IMG/VR virus record: IMGVR_UViG_3300047160_004532
Location: 3,416 to 67,415 of that record
Reading direction: 5' to 3' (one strand)
DNA from: a virus
Taxonomy: Duplodnaviria; Caudoviricetes
Length of the DNA stretch: 64,000 nucleotides
A program made the translations under genes and the position numbers. The notes beneath the pieces are model-generated. The model saw only the letters and a program-made list of their open reading frames with translations. It did no database searches and was not told where the DNA came from. Positions 37,717-47,994 of the stretch are shown here, in pieces. Within the stretch, counting starts at the first letter, position 1. Every line of letters starts with the position of its first letter.

Positions 37717-40700
37717 ATGAAACCACTCGCGAAGTTCCTTCTACTGGGAGCGCTCTTTGCTTGGTTCGGCAAAGACGGCGCCGCACAGATCCAGCCCTAC
37801 CCTGGCGGTGGGGGCGGCGGCGGTGGGAGTTCGCCTTGCATTGTGTCGGGCGGGCAGACGACCGGGTACGTCCTCACGGCAACCAACTCCGGAAACCAGT
37901 GTTCCTGGCAGACAGTCGGCTCGCCGTCCGTCGACCAGAATACGGTCAAGAACGCTTGGTTTCTGAACGACACTGGTACGGCTAATGCGATCACCGGAAC
38001 CACGACGACGACCTACCCTGGCGCGTACGCCAAGGGGCAAACAGTCATCCTCATCAAGGCCGCATCGAATACCGGCGCGGTGACGATCAACATCAATTCC
38101 CTCGGCAACAAAGCCGTGACAAAGAACGGGACCAACCCGCTCACCGGCAGCGAAATGATGATCGGCGTGCCTTACATGCTGATCTACGACAACACGGAAT
38201 TCCAAATCGTCGCCGCGGCCGGCGCGTCCATCCCCGTCACGTCGAACCTGATAGGCGGCGATGGCGCGGGAGGACTTAGCGCGACGTCCATTCCGCCTGC
38301 CAATGTCATCGTCTCGACGGGTTCCTACAATAATCCACCGTGGATCGTGACCCTCGCGGGTAGCAAGATCAATACGGCGATCCCTTGCGGAAGTATGCCC
38401 AGCCTCACCGGGGACGTCAGCAACACGTCCTGCGCGACCCAAGTGCTCGCAACTCACCTCTCCTCACCTCTTCCCGTAAACCAAGGGGGCACCGGCACCA
38501 CGAGTCCAGGAATCGTCGGAGGGACCAACATCACCATCACGGGGACGTGGCCGAGCCAGACCGTGACCTCGACGGCGGCCGGAAACGGCTCCTGTACGAA
38601 TCAGGTCGTCACCGCAACCGTCAGTGCGGCCGCGCCGACATGCACGACCCTCACGTCCGTCTACGTCAACACATCCATCGCAATCACGGGCGTTGACATC
38701 AACACTTCGAGCCAGGTCACCGTTACTCACCTGTCATCACCCCTCCCAGTCAACCAGGGGGGCACGGGCACCACGTCACCGGGACTCGTCGCCGGAACCA
38801 ACGTGACGATTACCGGAAGCTGGCCGAATCAGACGATCAATTCCACTGGCGGCGGTGGCGGCGGAACGATCCCCGTCACGACGAACGTACTTAAGGGCGA
38901 CGGCGCGGGCAACGCCGCAGATAGCGGAATCGGGGTCAGTTCGAACACCGGGAAAGCCTCCTCGATCGACTTCCTGAACGGTACGGCCCTCGGCGGCATA
39001 CCCGCGCACTCCTTCCGACTGGAGGCACCCGCCTCGATCTCTGCCTCTTATGCTTGGCATCCTCCCGCTGCGGACGCCGCAGGATTCATTAAGAGCGACG
39101 GCTCCGGGAACCTCTCAATCGTGACCATCGGGGGAACCTGTACGAACCAAGTGGCAACCGCGATCGGCTCGACTGCCGGGGCACCGACATGCACGACGAT
39201 CACTAGCAGCTACGTGAATAATACGATCGCCATTACCGGCGTTGACATCAATGCCAGTAGCCAAGTCCAAGCGACCCACCTCTCTTCCGCGCTCCCAGTG
39301 AACCAGGGCGGCACCGGGACCGCGAGCCCAGGCTTAGTCGCCGGAACCAACATAACGATCACTGGCTCATGGCCGAATCAAACCATCAACTCCAGTGCTG
39401 GCGGCGCTGGGACCGGCAGTTGCACAAATCAGGTCGTGACGGCTGTCAACGTCGGCGCGCCAACATGTACGACGATCACGAGCAGCTATGTCAACAACTC
39501 AATCGCGTTGACTGGGGTCGATATCAACACCAGCAATCAGGTGACGGTAACGCATCTCGCCTCGGCGCTCCCAGTTCTCCAGGGAGGCACAGGGACCACA
39601 ACGCCCGCCCTGGTCGCCGGCACCAACATCACGATTACCGGGAGTTGGCCGAATCAGACAATCAACTCGACCGCCGGCGGCGCTGGAACCGGCGCTTGTA
39701 CAAACCAAGCGGTTACAGCGGTGAACACCGGCGCGCCAACGTGTACAACTCTCACCTCCGCTTATGTGAACTCGAGCATTGCCCAGACCGGCGTTGACAT
39801 CAACACCTCGTTCCAGGTCACAGCGACCCATCTCGCATCGGCGCTTCCAGTGAATCAGGGGGGCACCGGGACGACGTCGCCGGCGATCGTCGGTGGCTCC
39901 AATATCACCGTTTCGGGGAGTTGGCCCGGGCAGACAGTCGCGATCAGCACCTCCGTTGTCCAGGGATCGACGTCCTTCGCGGGGGCGCCGTTCACTTCCT
40001 CAAGCGCTGGCTCCTACAACAACACCAGCGACTACTCGCCGGTAGCCGGGCTCATGGGGTCCGGGGCAAGCTCGGCGATCGCGGTGAAGAACTACTTCCA
40101 CCCGGCGTCGGAAAGCCTCATCCGTGAGAGCGGCGTCGTCGGGGCGGCCATTACAACGACCGGGGACTCAAACTGGGAGACGGACGGCGTCGTCGGGATG
40201 GTAGTGTCGAAGTCCAAGACCACTGGGTCCGTCGCTGGCAGCTTCTTTGCCGCGGCCATCGCGACCACGAGCCCACCTGTCACGGTCTGGTCAACCAATT
40301 TGCTTGTCCAAGACGTCGACAAGACGAACACGACATGCACGGGGCAGTACCAGAATTGGTGTCACTACGCAGCCAATCTCATTAGCGAAGAAATCGACGC
40401 CAACGTATACGATACGGGCACATCTTACAGCGGGACCAACTACGGGATCACCTATCTGAACGGGCACACGTCGACCCCGACAAGTGCGATTCTCTTCAAC
40501 GAGCCAGGATCGCTGGGTAGCCCCAACGGGAATTTCTTCGACAACGGCATTTATTCAAATGATTTCGCGACGGACGTATTTGCCCATATCGGGCGCGGAC
40601 AGACAGTCTCGACGGCCTCGCAGTTCATCGACTTCACCTCTGGCGGCTCCAGCCAGTACAACACGCGCATGTGGAACAGCGGAACCGGACTCTTCGTCAT

Positions 40701-41124
40701 CCTGCCAGGTCAGACGAGCGCGAATACGAACACCTTTCTGCTCGACACTAGCGGAAATATGTTCCTCGATTCCGGCAATTTTGTTTTCGGTCTGTCCAGC
40801 AGCCATCACGTCGCGGAACTGACAAGCGCGATACCGTCAGGTAACGGCACCGGGCTCACCTTCAACGCCCAAAACGTTTCCGGGACGTGGACCGCGCTAC
40901 TTACCTCCAACCGCGCCGCCCTCATTGAGATGGCGAACGGAGGCATCGATTTCTCGGCCACGACAGGAACGCAGACGTCGGGCGTGGCGTTGAGCGGCAC
41001 GGTAAAGATCATGCACCTCGACGCGGTCGGCAGTAACGGCTGGCTGATCCTCGCTACCTCTTGCTCTGGAGTTCCTTCCGGGGCCATTTACAACAACGGC
41101 GGAACGCCAGCAATCTGTCCGTAA
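37717..41124 (+). CDS. Tail-fibre-like repeat protein with signal peptide
   Basis: MKPLAKFLLLGALFAWFGKDGAA-Q; ASNTGAVTININSLGNK fibre domain; five LPVNQGGTG repeats. Confidence 0.8.
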   Translation: MKPLAKFLLLGALFAWFGKDGAAQIQPYPGGGGGGGGSSPCIVSGGQTTGYVLTATNSGNQCSWQTVGSPSVDQNTVKNAWFLNDTGTANAITGTTTTTYPGAYAKGQTVILIKAASNTGAVTININSLGNKAVTKNGTNPLTGSEMMIGVPYMLIYDNTEFQIVAAAGASIPVTSNLIGGDGAGGLSATSIPPANVIVSTGSYNNPPWIVTLAGSKINTAIPCGSMPSLTGDVSNTSCATQVLATHLSSPLPVNQGGTGTTSPGIVGGTNITITGTWPSQTVTSTAAGNGSCTNQVVTATVSAAAPTCTTLTSVYVNTSIAITGVDINTSSQVTVTHLSSPLPVNQGGTGTTSPGLVAGTNVTITGSWPNQTINSTGGGGGGTIPVTTNVLKGDGAGNAADSGIGVSSNTGKASSIDFLNGTALGGIPAHSFRLEAPASISASYAWHPPAADAAGFIKSDGSGNLSIVTIGGTCTNQVATAIGSTAGAPTCTTITSSYVNNTIAITGVDINASSQVQATHLSSALPVNQGGTGTASPGLVAGTNITITGSWPNQTINSSAGGAGTGSCTNQVVTAVNVGAPTCTTITSSYVNNSIALTGVDINTSNQVTVTHLASALPVLQGGTGTTTPALVAGTNITITGSWPNQTINSTAGGAGTGACTNQAVTAVNTGAPTCTTLTSAYVNSSIAQTGVDINTSFQVTATHLASALPVNQGGTGTTSPAIVGGSNITVSGSWPGQTVAISTSVVQGSTSFAGAPFTSSSAGSYNNTSDYSPVAGLMGSGASSAIAVKNYFHPASESLIRESGVVGAAITTTGDSNWETDGVVGMVVSKSKTTGSVAGSFFAAAIATTSPPVTVWSTNLLVQDVDKTNTTCTGQYQNWCHYAANLISEEIDANVYDTGTSYSGTNYGITYLNGHTSTPTSAILFNEPGSLGSPNGNFFDNGIYSNDFATDVFAHIGRGQTVSTASQFIDFTSGGSSQYNTRMWNSGTGLFVILPGQTSANTNTFLLDTSGNMFLDSGNFVFGLSSSHHVAELTSAIPSGNGTGLTFNAQNVSGTWTALLTSNRAALIEMANGGIDFSATTGTQTSGVALSGTVKIMHLDAVGSNGWLILATSCSGVPSGAIYNNGGTPAICP
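38450..39940 (+). repeat. Five coding repeats of about 90 aa
   Basis: THL.S.LPV.QGGTG..SP..V.GTNITITG.WP.QT plus CTNQ..TA....APTC spacers; boundaries approximate. Confidence 0.85.
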
Positions 41125-41131
41125 GGAGCCT

Positions 41132-41440
41132 ATGAAAACCATCCTAGCCACCCTCATAATCCTTGGGTCACTTTCCGGAATTATTTACGACGCCAAGGTA
41201 AACGCGGCCGAGATCGAAAAGAAGAGTCCGCCGCCCAAAGATCTCAGCGACACCCAGCGGAAGCAACTCTACCGCGCCTATGCCGATTATGTGGCGGCGC
41301 AGGCGAGCGCGGATAAACTCAAGATCGAACTCGACAAGGTCCAAGCCGAAATGAAGGCATTTTGCGGTGGGGAGATTCAGGAAGCTGCGGATCGCGACAT
41401 TCACTGCAAACCGGAGCCGCCGAAGGAAGCTAAGAAATGA
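41132..41440 (+). CDS. Signal-peptide coiled-coil protein with one Cys pair
   Basis: MKTILATLIILGSLSGII; AFCGG...IHCKP; AAGGAG RBS. Confidence 0.75.
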   Translation: MKTILATLIILGSLSGIIYDAKVNAAEIEKKSPPPKDLSDTQRKQLYRAYADYVAAQASADKLKIELDKVQAEMKAFCGGEIQEAADRDIHCKPEPPKEAKK

Positions 41441-42480
41441 AACGCGCCACTCTCATCGTTACGCTGGGCCTTATCTTCATCTACGCGACGATATGGATTG
41501 CCCTTCCGCAGACTCCGGGGATCAACCTCAATCTGTCCGGCGGCGGCGGGGGCGGCGGCGGAAGTCTTGACTTCCAGAGCAACTCCGTGTCCCTTGGGAC
41601 GATCACCGCGCTCAACATCGTGCCGGGCACGGGCGTGACAGCAACGCCGACGAACCCAAGCGGAACAGGCAACCTTCAAATGTCACTGGATACGGCTTAC
41701 GCGCCGAGTAAGGCCAATCTCCAGAGCGCAACGAACCCGCAGATTTGCACTTCGGCATCGATGAGCGGCACCGCGTACACGGCAACTTGCGCATATACCT
41801 TGGGAGCCTACGCTGCAAAGCAGACTTTGTACTGGTATGCGGACGTTACCAACACAAGCACCACGCCAACATTGAACATTGACACGCTGGGCAACAAGAC
41901 CCTCGTGAAACTGGGCGGCGGCGCCCTAGCCAACAACGACATTAAGGCCGCATCGCTCTATCGCATCTGGTACGACGGAACGAACATGGAGGTGGTTGAG
42001 GCGGGACTTGGAGGAGGTTCTTCCGCTCCGTACTCTCTCAGCAAGGGATACACATCAATTTCTTCGGGTGGTAGTCCGGTAGCCGTTTATTCGGTCACTA
42101 TGCCCGCATTATCTACTGGGAACTGTAGGCAGATAAACTTTGAGGTTGGCGGGTCAGTTAGTGGAGCTTCAATCTCGGCTGTTATTGGTGGGACGGTCAC
42201 ATGGGTAGCTGATGCTGCATTCGGTGGATCTGGAACTAATTATGCTGGTTATACATTACAGCTATGCAATGATGCTGGAGTGCAGAATGCCCAGCATACG
42301 ACCGTAATATCTTCATTTTATAATCTAGGAGCTGGGCCTGTCCCATATGGTGGGGCATCAACTACAGCCACTCCCCTAACCTCATCTCTGAATTTTGCCA
42401 CCACGCAGACGCTTGTAATCAATGTGAGCGACTCGGGAACGGCATACGGATACGCACTTTCTATAGCCGACACTCAATAA
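41437..42480 (+). CDS. Tail-fibre-like protein with N-terminal signal/anchor
   Basis: MKRATLIVTLGLIFIYATIWIALP; TNTSTTPTLNIDTLGNK...IWYDGT fibre domain. Confidence 0.75.
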   Translation: MKRATLIVTLGLIFIYATIWIALPQTPGINLNLSGGGGGGGGSLDFQSNSVSLGTITALNIVPGTGVTATPTNPSGTGNLQMSLDTAYAPSKANLQSATNPQICTSASMSGTAYTATCAYTLGAYAAKQTLYWYADVTNTSTTPTLNIDTLGNKTLVKLGGGALANNDIKAASLYRIWYDGTNMEVVEAGLGGGSSAPYSLSKGYTSISSGGSPVAVYSVTMPALSTGNCRQINFEVGGSVSGASISAVIGGTVTWVADAAFGGSGTNYAGYTLQLCNDAGVQNAQHTTVISSFYNLGAGPVPYGGASTTATPLTSSLNFATTQTLVINVSDSGTAYGYALSIADTQ

Positions 42481-42481
42481 G

Positions 42482-45400
42482 ATGAAATCACTCTATATTT
42501 TGTTATCGGCGGCGTCACTATCGTTTGGCGGTCAATCGGTACACCTGGATACCGGATATCCCAGCAATTCATCTATGACGACTGCCTCTCGTCATCGTCT
42601 TGAGTTCTACCTTCACGACTGGACTAACACCGGGATCGAGCATCTTAAGGGCGGGTCTGATGCAACTGGATGGGTGATCTACATTCAAGATGGAATCGTG
42701 ACGATCTACAACCCTTGGGAGACTGGTGCTCATCCTTCCGATCCCATAGCGGTTGACCTGCGATCAATTAGTCCACAGGCGGTATATTTCAGGCTTCAGC
42801 GTCAATACCAAACGAACACTGATTCCTATGAGGCTTGGGATATACACGGGAATAGATTCTTTTTCATAACTGTAACCTACACCGGAGACAGCCCTTCTGG
42901 TACGGGTTTTATATGGGGGGATGGATCGAATGGTGCGCCTATGTGGGCAGGATGGGTGAGGACACACTCAACAATTCTTCCGATCAATTCTAGGCCACCA
43001 ACGACAGTTGACAATCCCAATCGATTGATCGAATGGAAGTTTGACGGCAGTTTGGCTGACTCTGGACCTAACGGCTACACGGCCACATGGAGTAGCGGCA
43101 GCCCTACGTATGAAGCAACGCCGTACCAGAATGTTGTCGCGGTCTTGAGGACTAGTAATGCCAACACTTGGGCAAATACTCTTTCACAGCGTGCTGGATA
43201 TGCCGCGACTCTCGACGGAACCGGAAGCTACAGCCAATCGGACACGTCGAATGCGGTCACATGCTTCTGGCAGGAACTGAGCGGTCCCACACTGGCCCTG
43301 TTCGACAGTCACACGAGTTGCAATCCGAATCTAACCGGGCAAATATTCGGAGACTATCTGCTACAAATGGAAGCTGTAGACGACCGCTCGATCACTGCCC
43401 TCGCAAGCAATCACATCGGTTGGGTGGCTACGGACGACAACTCGGTTGTCGTTCAGCCAACAAGTGTCGCAAACGCGGATGCCCTTTATGGTCCCATGCC
43501 TGCTTGGGGCACAAGCCCCTGGGGCTACTACGATTACTTTCACAACAGGGGCATGACACTCCGAACAATTGACTATGCTCTGCCAATCAATCCATTTTTC
43601 GGCTTCCCGGTTCCGATGACTTATCCAGGATGGTCATCTCTGCAGTGGGAACAATATGGCAGCGGAACAGTAAGCTGGTTTTGGAACGGGATCGGCACTG
43701 GACTTGGCAATCAGAGTGTTACCCCAAAGGGAACTACCCTAGCCGGAAATCTTGGGAATAATCCTGTAACTGATCTGACGATATCCGTTGTTGATGCGAC
43801 ACAGTTGGATCTTTCCGAATTCCCCACTAGAATTCTTCTGTACACTGGGAGTGGTGATCCCGAGGAGGTCAGAATTTGCAGTAGCTCAGGAAATACACTG
43901 AATGTCTGCTATGACGGACGAGGACCTAACATTCAGTCTTGGACAAGTGGGCAGATAGTTGCTCAGGATAAGGTAACTGGCACGGGTACACACTTCGTTA
44001 CCGATTCTAATTCTGCAATATGTCCAGTTGGAGTACCGTCTCCCCCAGGTCCATCCTTTTTTTCCACTGGCACAATTACACTGACTCATTCCTCAACAAC
44101 AGCTACCCTATCGAGTGACGCCCACTGGTACGGTTTTACTTCAGCGCAATTCAACCCAGCAGGGAAGAATGACTTCTACCTGCGGGCTGCAGCTACACAT
44201 GGAGGAACCCCGTTCTATTTCATTACTAGGATGAACACAGGGGGAGCTGAGGCAGAGGCCTCTAATATAATTGGGGGAGTAATCCAGCCCGGAGGAGTTG
44301 TACCTATTGCCGGGGATACTTATGGTCAGAATTACTATGCAGGCTTCGTTGATGTTGTGGTTACCGACCCAACCGGCTCAGGAGCCGATATCACAGCTAA
44401 CGTTACGTCGGGAAACATTGTTACTTATACCGTGAATAACGGTGGAAGCAATTACACGAGTCCGACAGTCTGGATTTATCCACGTAAAGTACTTCTTTCG
44501 CGTCCATTTCCATCGGACGCAGATGATGGAAGCTATTCCTACACACTACTACCAGGAACCAGGACAGTTACCCTGTTCAGTCCAACCTATCCAGATACTA
44601 CGGGTAAAGGATTGGCGATGTGGGGAACCTCGGGCTGTGAATCGGAAACATCCCTGTATCTGAATCCTCTGTCACCAGCACAGATTAATAGTCTGAATAA
44701 TGCCTTTGGTTATGATTCCCCACACAATGGGCAACTTATCAGTGGATTGCAGTATTCCGTAACAGACACATCTGGATGGATTAACAACGGGGGACTTGGA
44801 GGTGAATTCTTTTATGGAGAGAATATGGCCTCGGAAGTCCTGTACCTCCGATCGGGATTGGATGCTGCCAAAAGTGCGTCATCGATTGTGTCCGACCACA
44901 TATTGCAGTCTCCATGGATGTACATAGTATCAAGCAACTTGCTTTCACTCGGTGGTCCTGCGATCGGGGCGGTCAATCGTCTGATAACGCAGAATAACCC
45001 ATCTGATCCGAGATGGCCGCTTGCTCGGCAGATGTTCAACCGTGGCGCTCAGGAAATCGAGTATATGACAACGTACGGATGCAACTCTGACGACACTCGT
45101 GACTTGGGATATGGTCAGGCGCTTTTGGTTCTTGGGATGCTATACGATCCTGATCCGACATGGAAGGCACATTGGCAGACTTACCTGACAGATATGGAGG
45201 CTATTGATACATCCTGCCATGGTTCTGACAACTCTTGGTCTAATGGGGGAATTTGGAACTCTGTCGGAGGTTGCGGTGCGGGAGGTACAAACCCTTGCGC
45301 CCCTCTGACAATGACGGATGGGTCTGCCGTAGTTACACCATATGGGAGTCTCACGTCAATCGCATCCGGCATGTGTATGGGAACGGCATACGGCAGCGGA

Positions 45401-46660
45401 ACAGTAACTAATGGATCAGCGTCTTTCTCGATCACTAGCACTACTGCAGGAACATTGGGGGCTGCAAACGACTTTGTTCTTAATGGCACGCAATCAGGTG
45501 GATCACAACCCCTTACTCTTGCCCTCCAGTTCAACGGGAGCGGCCCGTATAATCTTGCCGCATACTGGCCTGGAGATTCCGGCACGGTCACCTGGATGTC
45601 CTATACAGGTGGTCAGGCTAACGGGTGGAATCAAATGGCCTTTGCTCACTGTGCTGGGTATCCAGGTCTATGCGGAGGATCGGGACAGGGAAATAATGAT
45701 AAGGTCAACTTATCTCGGAACTACATGTGCTACCAACAAGATGCAACCCACATCATATTGGATCGGCCATGGAAGGAACCCGGCTGCACAGGTGGGATAG
45801 TTTGCGGTAATGATTACGCGAGTTACGGGGCGGGGAACGTGGTGGGATTTGGGCAGTTGCCATACATGTTGGGGATTAAGAGTTATGCAATGGGATTGCT
45901 AGCTCGATCAAGCCTGTCTCCATACAACTCTGACTACCAAACATTTTTAGATGGGGCCACTCAGTGGATCCACGATAACGGGATAAACGCAAACGATCAA
46001 ACGGTGCCATATGGACAGACATACCAATTCTGCGCCACGAGTTGGCTGGTGCTGCCGAACCTTTCGACGCTATTTGACTACAAAACGGACGGCTGTACGG
46101 CTGGGGCCAGCCATTTTGGAGTGGGAGGAAACCGAGAACAAATCGGAGAGTTGAGTAACGCTATTTCAGATTTTTACTTATCTAACCAAAGCCCAACTAA
46201 CAAGACATGGGCTGACACTGTGACTGGGGCACTCTGGGGAAATCCTCTCTTTAATACCGGGGGAGTCTATTATGACTCTAATTCGAGTGCGGCCGACCCC
46301 GCAGCGTTCAACATGAATGATGGGGCTATAAACGAGGGGAAATGGTATGGGTTCTTCACCGGGATGAGTTTCGCCCACCGCTGGATCGCCCAGCGGCTCG
46401 AGAATCCGGCTCCTGCGGCCCCGGCAACGCGAACGATCAAGGTTCCGTTTACCTGTTCGGGAATCACCGGCTGCGCAAAGGCCAAGATGACGGTCACCCA
46501 ACCGACCGGAGATTCTGCCTCGTACACCTGCACCAGTTCGCCGTGTTCGCTCACCAGCCTGGCGGGCATCGGGTCCGCCTTGTTACAGATCCAATACCTC
46601 ACGTCAGGGAACGCCGTTCTGACGACCGGCGATCCGCTTCCGCTATATGTCGGCAGGTGA
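42482..46660 (+). CDS. Large signal-peptide adhesin/receptor-binding-like protein (LamG-like and PKD-like domains)
   Basis: MKSLYILLSAASLSFG; WKFDGSLADSGPNG; LDGTGSYS...FWQELSGP; many Cys pairs. Confidence 0.75.
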   Translation: MKSLYILLSAASLSFGGQSVHLDTGYPSNSSMTTASRHRLEFYLHDWTNTGIEHLKGGSDATGWVIYIQDGIVTIYNPWETGAHPSDPIAVDLRSISPQAVYFRLQRQYQTNTDSYEAWDIHGNRFFFITVTYTGDSPSGTGFIWGDGSNGAPMWAGWVRTHSTILPINSRPPTTVDNPNRLIEWKFDGSLADSGPNGYTATWSSGSPTYEATPYQNVVAVLRTSNANTWANTLSQRAGYAATLDGTGSYSQSDTSNAVTCFWQELSGPTLALFDSHTSCNPNLTGQIFGDYLLQMEAVDDRSITALASNHIGWVATDDNSVVVQPTSVANADALYGPMPAWGTSPWGYYDYFHNRGMTLRTIDYALPINPFFGFPVPMTYPGWSSLQWEQYGSGTVSWFWNGIGTGLGNQSVTPKGTTLAGNLGNNPVTDLTISVVDATQLDLSEFPTRILLYTGSGDPEEVRICSSSGNTLNVCYDGRGPNIQSWTSGQIVAQDKVTGTGTHFVTDSNSAICPVGVPSPPGPSFFSTGTITLTHSSTTATLSSDAHWYGFTSAQFNPAGKNDFYLRAAATHGGTPFYFITRMNTGGAEAEASNIIGGVIQPGGVVPIAGDTYGQNYYAGFVDVVVTDPTGSGADITANVTSGNIVTYTVNNGGSNYTSPTVWIYPRKVLLSRPFPSDADDGSYSYTLLPGTRTVTLFSPTYPDTTGKGLAMWGTSGCESETSLYLNPLSPAQINSLNNAFGYDSPHNGQLISGLQYSVTDTSGWINNGGLGGEFFYGENMASEVLYLRSGLDAAKSASSIVSDHILQSPWMYIVSSNLLSLGGPAIGAVNRLITQNNPSDPRWPLARQMFNRGAQEIEYMTTYGCNSDDTRDLGYGQALLVLGMLYDPDPTWKAHWQTYLTDMEAIDTSCHGSDNSWSNGGIWNSVGGCGAGGTNPCAPLTMTDGSAVVTPYGSLTSIASGMCMGTAYGSGTVTNGSASFSITSTTAGTLGAANDFVLNGTQSGGSQPLTLALQFNGSGPYNLAAYWPGDSGTVTWMSYTGGQANGWNQMAFAHCAGYPGLCGGSGQGNNDKVNLSRNYMCYQQDATHIILDRPWKEPGCTGGIVCGNDYASYGAGNVVGFGQLPYMLGIKSYAMGLLARSSLSPYNSDYQTFLDGATQWIHDNGINANDQTVPYGQTYQFCATSWLVLPNLSTLFDYKTDGCTAGASHFGVGGNREQIGELSNAISDFYLSNQSPTNKTWADTVTGALWGNPLFNTGGVYYDSNSSAADPAAFNMNDGAINEGKWYGFFTGMSFAHRWIAQRLENPAPAAPATRTIKVPFTCSGITGCAKAKMTVTQPTGDSASYTCTSSPCSLTSLAGIGSALLQIQYLTSGNAVLTTGDPLPLYVGR

Positions 46661-46760
46661 GTGTGATATTCTCCACATGAAAGGTTGATCTTATGCGGGA
46701 CGGTAAATCCTCGGGGGAGGGGGCCGTCCCCGAGGAAACCGAAGGGAGCTGTTCAAAACG

Positions 46761-46943
46761 ATGAACCTCTGGATAAATCTTGGACTCCAACTCGTCGGCG
46801 TCGTTGGGAATTTCCTCGCGACATCCAACGGTGCGATCCCGGCGAAGTGGTCACCCGTCATCAGCGCGGCACAGGCCGTTGTCGGCGTTATTGCGCACTA
46901 CTACAACACCGACGGGACGCCGCAATCCGTTGCCAAACAATGA
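46761..46943 (+). CDS. Putative holin
   Basis: 60 aa, two hydrophobic segments, polar tail; AAGGGAG RBS. Confidence 0.6.
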   Translation: MNLWINLGLQLVGVVGNFLATSNGAIPAKWSPVISAAQAVVGVIAHYYNTDGTPQSVAKQ

Positions 46944-47212
46944 CCTCCGTATCCATGACGCCGCAAGAGTTTGCGGACATTAAGTCCGAACTTCTCCGGT
47001 CCGATCCGGACAGAGGAATCCGAATCACCGAAGAAGTGAACGGTAAACCGGGCGGTATCTCGGGGAAAAACCCCATCAACTGGTCCGCGGAATACACTTA
47101 CGCAGACGGAAAACTGTCAGTTAAGGGACATGGAGTATTCATTGCAGGGAAGGTGGAAGAGAAGCTGGTCGGCAAGCTCAATGATGCCCTGGCCCGCTTG
47201 AGGCAGACTTAG
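46940..47212 (+). CDS. Hypothetical protein
   Basis: ATGA overlap with holin. Confidence 0.6.
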   Translation: MTSVSMTPQEFADIKSELLRSDPDRGIRITEEVNGKPGGISGKNPINWSAEYTYADGKLSVKGHGVFIAGKVEEKLVGKLNDALARLRQT

Positions 47213-47238
47213 GATCGGGAAAGGATAGGCTGCAGAGT

Positions 47239-47787
47239 ATGGCCGCAGCTCAGGCGGTGCTAGTTGAAATGCCCTCAATTCGCCGGGATGACCAACAAAC
47301 TGACCTAGGAAAAGTACTGGGCGGCCTGCAGTCTCTAGAAACCCTTGTTGTCGAACAGCACGCAACACTGCGTACGCAGTTCGGGTTCTTGAAAGAGGGA
47401 GTCGACGAACTCTCGCGGACGATCAAGGAAAAGGCGGATCGCCGAGAATTGAAGGAAATCAGGGACGAGCACAGGGTGAGTTTAGCTGAGGTCAAGGCGG
47501 AATCGGCATTCACTGCCGGTAAAATCGCGAAAGAGGTCACGGATAAGCTCGAGGCCGAGGCCGAATCTTTTGCCGAGTTTCGCGCGTCGTTGCTCGAAAC
47601 CATGCGCGAGTTCAAGGAAGAGACAAACGCGCGCCTAGATAAACTCTCCGAGGAAGTCAAACTCCACGAGGGCCTCAAGAATCGCGTCCACGGGGGATGG
47701 GTCATGGCCGGCACGATCGGCGCGGCAATCGTTGCCACGCTGGGGTTCCTTTTCTCCGTCCTCTCATTTCTTACTAAGAAGCCATAG
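47239..47787 (+). CDS. Coiled-coil protein with C-terminal transmembrane helix
   Basis: Heptads then GGWVMAGTIGAAIVATLGFLFSVLSFL. Confidence 0.75.
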   Translation: MAAAQAVLVEMPSIRRDDQQTDLGKVLGGLQSLETLVVEQHATLRTQFGFLKEGVDELSRTIKEKADRRELKEIRDEHRVSLAEVKAESAFTAGKIAKEVTDKLEAEAESFAEFRASLLETMREFKEETNARLDKLSEEVKLHEGLKNRVHGGWVMAGTIGAAIVATLGFLFSVLSFLTKKP

Positions 47788-47794
47788 AAACCTA

Positions 47795-47823
47795 TTGACG
47801 CTAACGACGGTATGTGTTAGTGT
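47795..47823 (+). promoter_or_regulatory. Early promoter with overlapping inverted repeat
   Basis: TTGACG-17 nt-TAGTGT with TGn extension; ACGCTAAC...GTTAGTGT palindrome. Confidence 0.7.
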
Positions 47824-47829
47824 CTTTGT

Positions 47830-47994
47830 GTGCCCCAACTCAACATTCCGGACGTGCCGGACACACTCATGCGGGCGATCGCGTCCCAGGCTGCGGTCGA
47901 GGGGAAGACGCGACGTGACTTCGTAATCGGCATCCTTAGCGAAAAGCTCAAGAAACAGCAGGACGCTATCGAGCAACGGAAGGAGCGCGGATGA
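47830..47994 (+). CDS. Ribbon-helix-helix DNA-binding protein (not in ORF track)
   Basis: MPQLNIPDVPDTLMRAIASQAAVEGKTRRDFVIGILSEKL; ATGA-coupled to YqaJ gene. Confidence 0.75.
   Translation: MPQLNIPDVPDTLMRAIASQAAVEGKTRRDFVIGILSEKLKKQQDAIEQRKERG

Noticed and set aside
41132-47787. Spanin assignment for 41132-41440 or 47239-47787
   Set aside because: No lipobox o-spanin partner recognised; left unassigned
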